In this document: positions 31,128 to 41,764 of the stretch, piece after piece
Layout: every line of letters begins with the position of its first letter
Numbering within the stretch: position 1 is the first letter of the stretch
Assembly: GCA_965218435.1 (NCBI GenBank)
Contig: CBDCKW010000009.1
Location: 736,001-800,000 of the forward strand
DNA: 64,000 nucleotides
Direction: 5' to 3'
Source of the DNA: Truepera sp.
Lineage (GTDB): Bacteria; Deinococcota; Deinococci; Deinococcales; Trueperaceae
Translations under genes and position numbers: made by a program
Notes under the pieces: generated by a model
What the model was told of the DNA's origin: nothing
The model's database searches: none
Seen by the model: the letters and a program-made list of their open reading frames with translations, nothing else

Positions 31128-34100
31128 CACCCGAACTGCCCAAAACCCAAGCCTAACGTTTGACGAACTCGCACAAAATTTTGCTACACCCCCGAAAGCC
31201 TATTCTCCCGTGCCCATCTGGTGGTGGAGCGGCGACACGCTGACGCGCGAACGGCTCCGCTGGCAGATGGAGCGGCTTACCGAAGGCGGCGTCTATAACG
31301 CCGTCATTTTGAACCTGGCTCCAACCGGTCCGCTTTACGGCTCCGACCCTGACGACCCGCCCTTTTTAAGTGAGGCGTGGTGGACGCTTTTTGCAAGGGT
31401 TTGCGAGGACGCTGAGACGCTGGGATTTTGCCTCTGGTTTTACGATCAGCTCGGGTTTTCGGGTGCGAACCTGCAAGCCGAGCTGGTGCGAAATAATCCA
31501 AACTTTAGTGGGGAGTCGCTCGAGTCTCTGGCCGCCGACGGCACCACCCTGAGCCTCACCTGTCCTTCTGAAGGGCAACCGCTTGCTGCATTTTTCACCA
31601 CCGAAGCAGGCGAAAGGGTGCGGGTTGCGCTTAGCGGGCGCACCGCTCACATCACCGCCAAAGAAGCGGGCCGCTTACGCCTTGTCTACAGCGTCCGGCG
31701 CGGCTTCGACTACTTTAGCCCTGCAGCTTGTCAAGCCCTGCTGGACACCGTTCACGGTGCGTTTGAAAGGCGGCTGGGGCGCTTTTTCGGCACCACCATC
31801 GCCGGCTCATTTCAGGACGAACTACCCAACCTCGCCAGCTGGAGCGCCGACTTTGCCGAGGCGTTCAGGCAGCGTAAAGGCTACGACCTTTTAGGGCATC
31901 TCACCGCCCTCTGGGAGGGCACGGACGAACAGGCCGAACGTGTGCGGGCGGACTATCAGGAGATGCGGGCTGTACTCGCCGAAGAAGCCTTTTTCAAGCC
32001 CCTATTTGGTTGGCATGAACGCCACGGCCTCGTTTGTGGGTTTGACCAGCAAGGCCCTGCACGCGCTGGGCAGCCGCTCGGCACGGTACAGCTCTACGCC
32101 GACTATCTGCGTACCCACCGCTGGTTCGGCGCACCTGGCAGCGACCACCACGGAGACAGCAAAATTCACAGTTCGCTCGCGCACCTCTACAACCGTGAAC
32201 GCGTCTGGATCGAGTCGTTTCACAGCAGCGGTTGGGGTGGGACGCTCGAGGAGACCTTCGACTGGCTGCTGCCGTGGCTCGGCGCAGGTGCGACGCTCTA
32301 CGACCCGCACGCGGTCTACTACAGCACTTGGGGCGGCTGGTGGGAGTGGGCACCCCCCTCGACCTGCTGGCGGCAACCCTACTGGCGGCACTATCCCGTT
32401 TTCGCCGCGGCGGTAGGCCGACTGTCGTACCTGCTCAGCCAGGGGCGACACGTTTGCGACATCGGCGTCCTCCACCCGACTACCACCGTTCAGGCCAATC
32501 TCACCGCTGAAGGTCAGACCCTCGCCCCGGAACTCACCGAAGCAGGCTCGGCCTATAGCAAGAGCTTTAAGCGCACCGCCACAAACCGCGCTCAACTCGC
32601 CAACGACGTGTACGAGGCACTGGTCGGCAGCATGATGTTTCTGGCCTCCGAAGCGGGGGTGCTGAGGCGCGACCGGCGCGACTTCGATGTGCTCGACGAC
32701 GCTTCGGTGCAGCGGGGTAAGGTCACGGACGGCGGGCTCGAGGTAGCCGACGAACACTTTCGGGTCATCGTGTTGCCCGCTTGCAGTACGCTCGAGGCCG
32801 CCACTGCCGAACAACTCATCGCGTTTGTAGAGGGGGGTGGTGCGCTCATCGCCGTCGCAGAGCGCCCCCAACATGTGCTGGGCAGTCCTGAAACCTTAGC
32901 GCGGCTTACCGCACTTTTTGAACAGGGGCAGGCTACACTGATTCCGAGCGCCGACGACTTACCGCAGCACTTGCAGGGGCTCGAGCGCCGCGTCGATGCG
33001 CCCGTACCTGTTTTGCACCGTCGCATCGGTGAACACGAGGTTCTTTTCATCCCCGCAGTCTACCCACACGCGTCGCAATCCGAAGACGAAAACGCAAGCT
33101 GGCTCAGAGCTGACTACTCGTTCGACCCGGCACGTTACGCGCGCAAAATAGAGGTGACAGTTAGAGGGTTTGAAGGTACACCGGAGCTGTGGGACGCGCT
33201 GAGCGGCGAACGTGTCCCGGTGGCGCACACCCGCGACGGCGACCGAACCATGCTCACCGTACCCTTTGACCGCTCCCCCGCTGCGCTGCTCGTTTGGTCA
33301 GACACTCACAACACCGCACCTATGCCGGAGAAGACGTACGAAACCGTCTTGCAAACACTGCCCGATACGTGGCATTTTAGCCTCGAGCCCACCCTTGACA
33401 ACCGCTACGGTGATTTCGACAAGCCGGATTTTGCGGGTGCGCCGCCCGTGCAAACGTGGGCTTTTAGCCACAGCACCGGTGAAGACACCCCGGAGAAAAC
33501 CGTGCAGGCGACCTTCGGCTGTTACGGCTTCTGGTTTGGTCCTGGGGTTAAGGCGAGACTGCCGGAACCAACTACAAGTATTGTCGTGCCGCTCGCTGAG
33601 GGTTGGCAAGAAGCAGTCTACTCGCTGGAGCGCGGTATCTACAAAGACGCCCTCCACGTCCCGACGCTCGGCCCCAAAGGACACGTGCCCGAGGAGTTTT
33701 TAGCCTTCGGCAGGGTTGCTGCGGGCGAAGGGGTGCAGTTTTGCACAGTGCTTCACCTCGAGCACGAGACGACGCTGCAGTTGGCGCTCGGCGCGGCGGC
33801 CTACAAACAGGTGTGGCTGAACGGTTCGGAGTTACCGGAAGATGCGGGCGGCTACCTGCAGCTCTACCCTGTCACGCTTAGAGCGGGGGCAAATCTGCTC
33901 GAGTTTCGCCTCGTCGCCCAAACCGACACCGAGTTGCGCGCCTACTACGCCCTGGTGAGAGACCCCGAAGCGTTTCGTCGTCCCGAGCGGCTGACGCTCT
34001 CCGGTTCGCAGCAAAAGGATTCACGCGTCGTTTTTTCGCACACTTTTGAGATACCATTTCTACCCTTGAGCTTGCGCGTTCAAGTCGCCGCCGACGCCGC

Positions 34101-35115
34101 CTGCGCCGTGCGCTTAAACGGGCTCGAGCTGGGGCGGCAGGGCGGTTTCGACCCCTACTACAGTCTGGCCCGCGTGCAACCTTACAGCACCGAGCAGGTG
34201 AACCAAGGCGCGAATACGCTCGAGGTCGAGCTTCAGGATACTGGCAGGCCTTTCTCCGTGCTGATAGATGGCCTCGTAAGCGCTGCCGATGGAACCACTC
34301 AGAGCTTCATCAGCAATGAGTCGTGGCACGTCAAGCGCGATGATGGGAAGGCGCAACCCGTCACGCTTGTTCGGCAACCGCTGGGCGACCCGGCGTTTGC
34401 CCTGCTATGGCGGCGACCGCCACCGCTTCCCGGTACGCTATGGTTGGAGGGCGAACCCGCCGACGAAACCGTTCTGCCGCTCGTTCCGGCTGTACAAGCA
34501 GGCCGCACTGCGCCCGAACGCTTCCGCTGGACGCTGCCGGTCGGTGCGACGCAGCTGCATCTCGCAGTCGCCGGAAAGGTTCGCCTTTGGGTGAACGGTG
34601 AAGCACTCTCCGGGGACGGTCCTAGTTTCATGCTCCCCAACGCCGAAAAATCTCACCGTACCGCGCTTCTGGAGGTCGTTCCCGAACGGGGGCGCACGGG
34701 TGGGAGCGTATTTACCGGCCCCATCACTTACGACATTTCAGGCGGCACCACCCGGCTCGGCGCGTGGGCTGAGCAGGGTTTAGAAACCTATTCGGGTGGC
34801 GTCCGTTATCGGCATACGTTCGTACTAGACACGTTACCGGACGGCCTGCTTATTCTCGACCTTGGACGGGTGCGCGGTACAGCGGAAGTGCAGCTTAACG
34901 CGCAGACCGCCGGGGTCCGTATCCTCTCGCCTTACCGCTTCGACCTTACGCCCCTCGCGACCGTCGGGGAAAACCAGCTCGAGGTCTTGGTACTCAACAC
35001 TTTAGCTCCGTATCTAAATGCCGTCAGCCCTACCCATTACGTGCGTCCGGGTCAAGACGTTTCCGGACTCTTTGGCCCCATTAGCCTCCTGACCTATAAA
35101 GAAGGTCCCCGATGA
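31120..35115 (+). CDS. GH106-like glycoside hydrolase with beta-sandwich sugar-binding domains
   Basis: FATPP...PIWWW, FQDE, WSADFAEAF.QRKGYDL, C-terminal YSGGVRY...LDLGRV...PYRFDLT. Confidence 0.75.
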   Translation: MLDTRTAQNPSLTFDELAQNFATPPKAYSPVPIWWWSGDTLTRERLRWQMERLTEGGVYNAVILNLAPTGPLYGSDPDDPPFLSEAWWTLFARVCEDAETLGFCLWFYDQLGFSGANLQAELVRNNPNFSGESLESLAADGTTLSLTCPSEGQPLAAFFTTEAGERVRVALSGRTAHITAKEAGRLRLVYSVRRGFDYFSPAACQALLDTVHGAFERRLGRFFGTTIAGSFQDELPNLASWSADFAEAFRQRKGYDLLGHLTALWEGTDEQAERVRADYQEMRAVLAEEAFFKPLFGWHERHGLVCGFDQQGPARAGQPLGTVQLYADYLRTHRWFGAPGSDHHGDSKIHSSLAHLYNRERVWIESFHSSGWGGTLEETFDWLLPWLGAGATLYDPHAVYYSTWGGWWEWAPPSTCWRQPYWRHYPVFAAAVGRLSYLLSQGRHVCDIGVLHPTTTVQANLTAEGQTLAPELTEAGSAYSKSFKRTATNRAQLANDVYEALVGSMMFLASEAGVLRRDRRDFDVLDDASVQRGKVTDGGLEVADEHFRVIVLPACSTLEAATAEQLIAFVEGGGALIAVAERPQHVLGSPETLARLTALFEQGQATLIPSADDLPQHLQGLERRVDAPVPVLHRRIGEHEVLFIPAVYPHASQSEDENASWLRADYSFDPARYARKIEVTVRGFEGTPELWDALSGERVPVAHTRDGDRTMLTVPFDRSPAALLVWSDTHNTAPMPEKTYETVLQTLPDTWHFSLEPTLDNRYGDFDKPDFAGAPPVQTWAFSHSTGEDTPEKTVQATFGCYGFWFGPGVKARLPEPTTSIVVPLAEGWQEAVYSLERGIYKDALHVPTLGPKGHVPEEFLAFGRVAAGEGVQFCTVLHLEHETTLQLALGAAAYKQVWLNGSELPEDAGGYLQLYPVTLRAGANLLEFRLVAQTDTELRAYYALVRDPEAFRRPERLTLSGSQQKDSRVVFSHTFEIPFLPLSLRVQVAADAACAVRLNGLELGRQGGFDPYYSLARVQPYSTEQVNQGANTLEVELQDTGRPFSVLIDGLVSAADGTTQSFISNESWHVKRDDGKAQPVTLVRQPLGDPAFALLWRRPPPLPGTLWLEGEPADETVLPLVPAVQAGRTAPERFRWTLPVGATQLHLAVAGKVRLWVNGEALSGDGPSFMLPNAEKSHRTALLEVVPERGRTGGSVFTGPITYDISGGTTRLGAWAEQGLETYSGGVRYRHTFVLDTLPDGLLILDLGRVRGTAEVQLNAQTAGVRILSPYRFDLTPLATVGENQLEVLVLNTLAPYLNAVSPTHYVRPGQDVSGLFGPISLLTYKEGPR

Positions 35116-37844
35116 TCCGAATTGTCAACCCGACCTGTGAATACCGCACCAACCCTCTAGGTATCGATGTGACGCAGCCACGCCTGAGCTGGCAGTTGGG
35201 GACATCCCGGCAGGGTGCGCGGCAGACGGCTTACCAAGTTTTGGCCTCGAGCAGCCGCGAAACGCTCGAGGGAGGCAACGCCGAGCTATGGGACAGCGGC
35301 AAAATCGAGTCCGATAAATCGGTTCATGTACCTTATGGGGGCGACGCGCTCCGCTCACGCCAGCGGGTGTACTGGCGCGTGACGGTGTGGGACGAAACCG
35401 GCGCAGCGGCAGAGAGCGACATCAACTGGTTTGAAATGGGCCTGCTGTCCCGTGACGACTGGCAAGCCTCATGGGTCGGCGCAGCACTGACCGGCGGCGC
35501 ACGCTCCTCTGTCCCCGTTCCTTTTTTACGCACATCTTTCGAGCTGCCCGTTGAGGTCGTGTCCGCTCGGCTTTACGTTACGGCGCTCGGACTGTATGAG
35601 TGTCGCATCAACGGTGTGCGTGTCGGCGAAGACATCTTTGCGCCGGGGTGGACGGACTATCAAAAGCGTGTGCGTTACCAGACCTACGACGTGACCGGAC
35701 TGCTACATGAAGGCGAAAACGCGCTCGGAGCAATTTTGGGTGACGGCTGGGCGGTGGGGTTTATCGGTCTAGGGCAGCGCCAGCGTTACTACGACCAGCC
35801 TCGGCTGCTGGCGCAACTCGAGCTGACCTTTCCCGACGGACGGCGGCAGATTATCGTCAGCGACGAGAACTGGACGCACCAGTTCGGCCCCTTGATTGAA
35901 AGCGACATGTTTATGGGTGAAGCTTACGACGCACGGCTCGAGCTGCCGGGTTGGGACACGCCCGAATACGCCGAGGATGAGGCGCAGAGCTGGTTGCCCG
36001 TCCGGGTTTTTAGCGACCCTGGTATTCAGTTGAAGGCAACTAACGGGCCAGCCATCCGGAAGATTGAAGAGCTGAAACCTATTTCTAAACCTGTTGACGT
36101 GAGCGACTTTATCCGGCGGCGCTTTATCTTCGATTTGGGTCAAAACATGGTCGGTTGGGTTCGGTTTCAGGGCAGCGCACCTGCGGGTACGACGGTTGTC
36201 CTCCGCTTCGCTGAGGTTCTAAACCCCGAGGGCAGCCTCTACACCACTAACTTGCGCGACGCGCGCGCGACCGACGTGTACACCTTTAAGGGTGAGGGGG
36301 AGGAAGTCTGGGAACCGCGCTTTACCTTTCACGGCTTTCGCTACGTCGAGCTGACGGGCTACCCCGGCGAGGTGAACGCCGACACTCTTACCGGCGTCGT
36401 GCTGCACTCTGAGATGGCGCAGACCGGACACTTTGAATGCTCGAGCGACATTATCAACCAGCTCCAGCACAACATCCTCTGGGGTCAAAAGGGAAACTTC
36501 CTCGACGTACCAACCGATTGCCCGCAGCGCGATGAGCGCCTGGGCTGGACGGGAGACATTCAGGTCTTTGCGCGCACGGCGGCATTCAACATGCACGTCG
36601 CCGGGTTTATGACCAAATGGTTGCAGGACGTTGCCGACGCGCAGAGTGACGCGGGGGCCGTCCCGCCGGTCGTCCCGTCGGTGATGGGAGGTTTCGACGA
36701 CGGTGGGCCTGCCTGGGCCGATGCCGCCGTCATCTGTCCCTGGACGATTTACCTCTGCTACGGCGACACGCGTGTTTTGGAAGAAAACTACGCGGTTATG
36801 ACCCGCTTTATGGACTTTTTACGGGATACCAGTCCCGGCTTGGTGCGTTGCGCCCCCGATTATGAGGGCTGGCAGGGGTTTGGCGACTGGTTATCTATCA
36901 ATGCCGACACGCCCCGCGACCTCATCGGGACAGCTCTTTACGCCTATGACACGTACCTTATGGGGGACATCGCCGAGGTTCTAGGACGTGCCGACGACGC
37001 CCAAAAGTACCGCGCCCTTTACGGCGAGATAAAAGACGTGTTTCAGGCGCGCTTTCTCAAGGGGGGAAGCCAGACGGACGCGGCGAAAGCCTCGAGACCC
37101 GACCTCAGCCAAGCCGACGCCATCTCACGGGGGAACCTCGAGGTCATCGACTACGGCCCGGTCAGCTCAGAAGTCTTCGACACAGAGCTATTCACCCCGA
37201 CGCAGACCGCTTACGTGCTGGCGCTCCACTTCGGCCTCTTGCCGGACGCCCTGCAACCTCTCGCCGCTGACGAACTCGTCGCCGACATCGAACGCCGTGA
37301 CCTGCACCTGTCAACCGGCTTTGTCGGCGCACCGTACCTGCCGCATGTGCTGAGCGCCCACGGCAAAACGGAGACGGCTTTTAAGCTTTTGGCGCAGACG
37401 ACCTGGCCCTCGTGGGTTTACTCCGTCACGCAGGGTGCGACGACCATCTGGGAGCGCTGGGACGGCTGGACGGAGGAGCGCGGGTTTCAGGATGCGGGCA
37501 TGAACTCGTTTAACCACTACGCTTACGGTTCTATCGGGGCGTGGCTTTACCAGACTGTGGCGGGGCTCGAGCCCGCTCTACCCAGTTACAAACATATTTT
37601 GGTTAAGCCTCAACCGGGGGGTGGTTTGACCTGGGCTCGAGCCTCATTCGCTTCTCCCTATGGGCAAATTGCGGTGTCGTGGCGTTTAGAGGCTGAGATG
37701 CTGCAGCTCGAGGTCACAGTTCCACCGAACACCACAGCGACGCTCATACTCCCTGAGGGTTACAGGTTTGTAGAGGGAAAGAGGGCAGAACTCGAGGCTG
37801 GAAACCAAACTTTTGTCGCCCATCAAGAGTCTGAGTTCTTCTGA
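35112..37844 (+). CDS. GH78 alpha-L-rhamnosidase
   Basis: NPLGID..PRLSW, DLGQNMVG, PTDCPQRDERLGWTGD, GATTIWERW, MNSFNHYAYGS. Confidence 0.93.
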   Translation: MIRIVNPTCEYRTNPLGIDVTQPRLSWQLGTSRQGARQTAYQVLASSSRETLEGGNAELWDSGKIESDKSVHVPYGGDALRSRQRVYWRVTVWDETGAAAESDINWFEMGLLSRDDWQASWVGAALTGGARSSVPVPFLRTSFELPVEVVSARLYVTALGLYECRINGVRVGEDIFAPGWTDYQKRVRYQTYDVTGLLHEGENALGAILGDGWAVGFIGLGQRQRYYDQPRLLAQLELTFPDGRRQIIVSDENWTHQFGPLIESDMFMGEAYDARLELPGWDTPEYAEDEAQSWLPVRVFSDPGIQLKATNGPAIRKIEELKPISKPVDVSDFIRRRFIFDLGQNMVGWVRFQGSAPAGTTVVLRFAEVLNPEGSLYTTNLRDARATDVYTFKGEGEEVWEPRFTFHGFRYVELTGYPGEVNADTLTGVVLHSEMAQTGHFECSSDIINQLQHNILWGQKGNFLDVPTDCPQRDERLGWTGDIQVFARTAAFNMHVAGFMTKWLQDVADAQSDAGAVPPVVPSVMGGFDDGGPAWADAAVICPWTIYLCYGDTRVLEENYAVMTRFMDFLRDTSPGLVRCAPDYEGWQGFGDWLSINADTPRDLIGTALYAYDTYLMGDIAEVLGRADDAQKYRALYGEIKDVFQARFLKGGSQTDAAKASRPDLSQADAISRGNLEVIDYGPVSSEVFDTELFTPTQTAYVLALHFGLLPDALQPLAADELVADIERRDLHLSTGFVGAPYLPHVLSAHGKTETAFKLLAQTTWPSWVYSVTQGATTIWERWDGWTEERGFQDAGMNSFNHYAYGSIGAWLYQTVAGLEPALPSYKHILVKPQPGGGLTWARASFASPYGQIAVSWRLEAEMLQLEVTVPPNTTATLILPEGYRFVEGKRAELEAGNQTFVAHQESEFF

Positions 37845-38358
37845 CATCTACCTCAAGCAGATGCGTGTAGGAGCAAGATTGAGGGACTTAAGAAGTTGTA
37901 GATAAGCTGGCAGATATCCGTATATTGAAGAAAGGCGAGGTGTTGCCCAGCAAATATGAGCTTTAGAGCCGACAGATGAACTGCCCACCTCGCTTACTAC
38001 GCCACAGTTGCCTGATGTGAAGAAGCTAGTCAGCTACACTTTACTGTGTGAAACAGGCAATCCAGTCTCTAATCGCTTTAGGTAAATACATCTTGTTAAG
38101 ACGTTCGTAAACCGTCCGCTAAAGCTGATTGTCGGACAGGATAATTTCTTTGGAGGTGCAGATGGGCGTATAGCAAATAGGCGCGCGCCAACCGTAAATT
38201 TTTGACCTACTTGTACAGGTTGTTTACAGGTTACGCTGCGAGACGCCATAACACCATACGGTATACAATGAAAACTAAAGCGTTAAGAACTCTATCCCTG
38301 ACGGTCTTTCAAAACGGGACGAAACAGCGTAATACGCTGCGAAATACAAGTTGCCTTT

Positions 38359-38403
38359 TTTGCAAGCAGGGGGTCATCAGTTCAAATCTGATAGGCTCCA
38401 CCA
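38359..38403 (+). mobile_element. Attachment-site core: 3' half of tRNA-Ala(TGC)
   Basis: TTTGCAAGCAGGGGGTCATCAGTTCAAATCTGATAGGCTCCACCA runs from anticodon loop to CCA with no 5' half; about 100 bp from the integrase 3' end; arm-like repeats TTTGCACCT x2 (38472-38492) and TACAGGTT x2 (38214-38232). Confidence 0.8.
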
Positions 38404-39355
38404 CTAGAAACACCGTGCAGCACGCAAAAAAGAAGCCCCGCCAAGTGCGGGGCCGTTGTTTTACGGAATAGTTTGCACCTTATTTTGCACCTACAGGGTT
38501 CAGTTTGCCGTGTCAGGGTCGCCTTTGGGAAGCATATCCAAGAGGCTCACCGCTGCCCCTCTTCTATCGTCGTCAAACAGGTGTGTGTAGAGCCGAGTCG
38601 TAAAGGCGGGGTCGGTGTGGCCTATCTGGTCGGCTATCAGCTTAGCGTCTTGTCCTAACTTGCGCCGCATGGAAACGTTGAGGTGTCTAAGGTCATGTAA
38701 GCGGACGTGCGGCAAAAGCTTACCGCTCTCGAGCCCCTTTACCGTAGCCCCGTCACCCGCTTCCCTTGCGGCTGTCAGCCACGCGGCGCGGGCGCTGTCT
38801 TGTAAGGCGCACCAGGTGCCGCTCGAGGTTCCGAGGGTAGAGCAGCGTGCCGGTCTCTGAAGGAAGTACGAAATCGTTAGCGACCGCGGTTAGCTCGAGC
38901 GTCTTATCACGCTGCTGATACACGTTGACACGCTCAGGCCACGCCGGGGCGGGCACGTTCGGCTACTGTCAGCGACCGGTGCATCTCTAGGGCGTCAAGT
39001 ACATCTGGGGTAACAGGGATAGTCCGCTGACCTTTATGTGTCTTAGGGGCGCTCAGCACAAGCTTGTCAGCGACCGGCACGAGTGTTTGCCGCACCTTAA
39101 GAGCGTCGCCCTCGAGGTCTCGTCAGCGTAGCCCCAAAAACTCACCCGCCTCATCCCGGTAGACAAAGCAAGGTAGACAGGGCAAAAAGGCGGTGAGGTC
39201 TAGCGACCGCTAAGAACCGGATAACCTCTTCAGGCGACCATAAGACTATCTCCTTAGTCGTCTCCTTCAGCGGGTCTACTGCCTCAACCGGGTTGCGGTT
39301 AAGCAGCTCCCAACGAATCGCCTGTTTAAGTGCGCTAAAAAGCACTGTCCGGCTC

Positions 39356-41764
39356 ATCGGGTAAGGAGACGGCATCACTGCCGCCCCCTCCCCTCAGAAC
39401 CGGACGTGCCTCTCTCAAGGCATCCGGCTCAAGCAGAAAATGAAGCATCAAAGGAGTAATTCTCTCGTAGCTCGGGGAAGATTATCTTTCACCGAGCCGT
39501 GGACTTGTTGGTGACAGGTTAGATGCAGTATCCGCTGTTTTGCAAAGTCATGCCGTGCTAAATTCTTTTGGTCAGTAATCAAGTGATGACGATGCAGTGG
39601 CTCACCGTTATTCAGCGAACCAAAACACACGGGGCAGATAAAGTCGTGTTGCTTAGCCACCTCATAGTGAAGACCTGAGAGACCGGAGTACTTTCGACTT
39701 CTCTTTGCCCAATAGTTTTTCTGCAAGGCGTCATCGGGTGCAGCAAGGTTGAATACCAACCGATGCCGCGTGATTTTGAACCAAGCGAGCTTCGCCAGAT
39801 AAGTGTTGCCGTCGGGGTCGCCAAAGACCCACCGAGCTTTTCTTAAGTGATGATGCTGCCCAAAGTATTTAGCTACGCGCCAGCCAACCGATTTTGTCGG
39901 GTGTTGCCATCTTATCCACTTGACCAGCTTTTGGAAGAGCCAAGAGTCAAGCGAGGCAAACACCTTTGCTGACGAAACGGGTTGAAAATAACGCGCCCAA
40001 CCACGTAAAACGGGGTTGAGATGGTGGATGAGCACCTGAGCATTGTGCCCCCTTAAGCGCACAAACATCTCGGTAAGCTTTTTCTTGAACCTTGCGATTG
40101 AAGCGTTGCTGGGTTTGACAAGCCCGACGACCTTTTCTGGGTTATCTCTCCGCTGATAAAGCCGGAAATTACACCCAAGAAAGTCAAAACCTCCCGTGAG
40201 ATGCCTGATCTGGGTTTTAGCCTCGTTGAACACGAGTCCCCGATCTGCAAACCACGTTCTCAGCTTTGTGCGAGCTTGTTCTGCTTCCTCACGAGTCTTG
40301 CAGAAAACGATAAAGTCGTCTGCATATCTCACGAGACCATAGCGGTTCTTACTGGATGTCTGACCATTGGCATAACGAGCAATACCAAGGGTCGTTTCCA
40401 TGCCGTGAAACGCTATGTTAGCCAGCAAGGGACTAATAACACCTCCCTGCGGAGTACCCGCAGGCGTATCGTGCTTGACGGTACCGTCCATGAAGCCTGC
40501 CTTTAGCCACTGTTTAATCAGTTCCTTGGCGGGAAACTGACCGATGGCCTGCAACAGGTGGGTATGGTCGATATTGTCAAATGCCCCTTGGATGTCTGCA
40601 TCCAGTATCCACTGCTTAGTAGCGCGTGCCCTGCAATAGCTATAGGTCATACTCAGGGCGTCGTGGGTACTTCGCCCTGGTCTAAAACCGTAGCTACTTG
40701 GCTCAAAGCGAGCCTCCCACTCAGGTTCCAACGCATTTTTGACGCGTGCTTGATGAGCCCGGTCGCCAATGGTTGGTATCCCAAGCGGGCGTTTAGCACC
40801 ACTTTGCTTCGGGATATAAATCCTGCGCGCAGGTTTGACATGCCAAGGTTGGGACTCTAGCAATTTGTCTACTAGAGCGGCCTTGGCTTTCGAGGTTAAG
40901 GCAACCTCTTTATCCACCCCTGCGGTTTTTCCACCCGCATTGTCCACAGTGACGCGACGGACGCTAACAACAGTGTTGGCGTAACTCCGTAGCATCAGCT
41001 TTTGGAGAGAACGAACCTTTTTAAGGTTCCCTTCCTTTGATGCCCTAAAGATTCTCTGTCTCAAGTTGCGTACCTGCCGATTGGCGCTACGCCAGTCAAT
41101 GACCTGCCAATCGGTCGGGCTTTTGGTTCCGTTTGCTAAGCTTGGCGCTTGCATCTAACTTGCACCTCAATTCGCAACTTTCACGTTGGTCTTTAGGATT
41201 TCCACCAGTCCCGCGTCAGCTCCCTTTCAGGATGGGTATGCCCGTCATACGGCCCTATCCGGTGGGTTATGAATTCCCCGTGCCTTTCGGCTACCGGCTT
41301 TCGCTTTTCGGGACTTCTTGTTCCCGCTGGAGGGTTGTGCCTCGCTTGCGCTTGGCCTACCACTTGTGTGGACTCCATCGGGGTTTCCACGTTCCGCACG
41401 TAAGAGATGTGATCGGTTGCGGATGCCTTTTGTACCCCGGGTTCTTGGTGCCCTTGCATGAGCGCTATGCACCCATGACGCCGCGCAGCTTGAACACAGA
41501 GCTACGCCTTGAACCATGATCGTTTTGCTGTCGTCCAGCGATCTTTCTACCTTACGAGGCTTACAAAGGTTCACTTTCGTTCATCCTTCCGATCTTCTCC
41601 TTGCCTGTGGCCTTTTGACGACTAACGGCTCTTGGGCTTTCATTCGGGCTTCGCACCCTGTCGTTACCAACAACGCACGCCGAATGTGGAGATAGGCTTC
41701 AGGCACTCGCCTAGTTCAACCCTATGAGGGTTGAACACTCTTACTGTGCGACTTCGTGTCGCAC
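39356..41764 (-). mobile_element. Group II intron (IIB, chloroplast-like class likely), 2409 nt
   Basis: 5' GTGCGACACGAAG; domain V GAGCCGGATGC...GCACGTCCGGTTC; domain VI ending TTACCCGAT; EBS1 GUGUUC (41492-41497) pairs with IBS1 GAACAU; joined exons read in frame. Confidence 0.93.
39448..41154 (-). CDS. ltrA: Group II intron reverse transcriptase/maturase with C-terminal HNH-like domain
   Basis: RPLGIP, SYGFRPGRS, GTPQGGVISPLLAN, RYADD, GFDFLG, LRGWARYF, CPVC...CHQQVH. Confidence 0.95.
   Translation of the reverse strand: MQAPSLANGTKSPTDWQVIDWRSANRQVRNLRQRIFRASKEGNLKKVRSLQKLMLRSYANTVVSVRRVTVDNAGGKTAGVDKEVALTSKAKAALVDKLLESQPWHVKPARRIYIPKQSGAKRPLGIPTIGDRAHQARVKNALEPEWEARFEPSSYGFRPGRSTHDALSMTYSYCRARATKQWILDADIQGAFDNIDHTHLLQAIGQFPAKELIKQWLKAGFMDGTVKHDTPAGTPQGGVISPLLANIAFHGMETTLGIARYANGQTSSKNRYGLVRYADDFIVFCKTREEAEQARTKLRTWFADRGLVFNEAKTQIRHLTGGFDFLGCNFRLYQRRDNPEKVVGLVKPSNASIARFKKKLTEMFVRLRGHNAQVLIHHLNPVLRGWARYFQPVSSAKVFASLDSWLFQKLVKWIRWQHPTKSVGWRVAKYFGQHHHLRKARWVFGDPDGNTYLAKLAWFKITRHRLVFNLAAPDDALQKNYWAKRSRKYSGLSGLHYEVAKQHDFICPVCFGSLNNGEPLHRHHLITDQKNLARHDFAKQRILHLTCHQQVHGSVKDNLPRATRELLL

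Noticed and set aside
22768..38123. 11-bp CGTCCGCTAAA at 22768 and 38113 flanking the sugar cluster
   Set aside because: Short enough to arise by chance; no transposase or longer repeat supports it as an element boundary
38330..38403. Complete tRNA-Ala gene
   Set aside because: The acceptor 5' strand, D arm and 5' anticodon stem are missing; treated as an att fragment
39448..41154. Retron, DGR or defence-associated reverse transcriptase
   Set aside because: Maturase domain, domains V/VI and splice boundaries identify a group II intron
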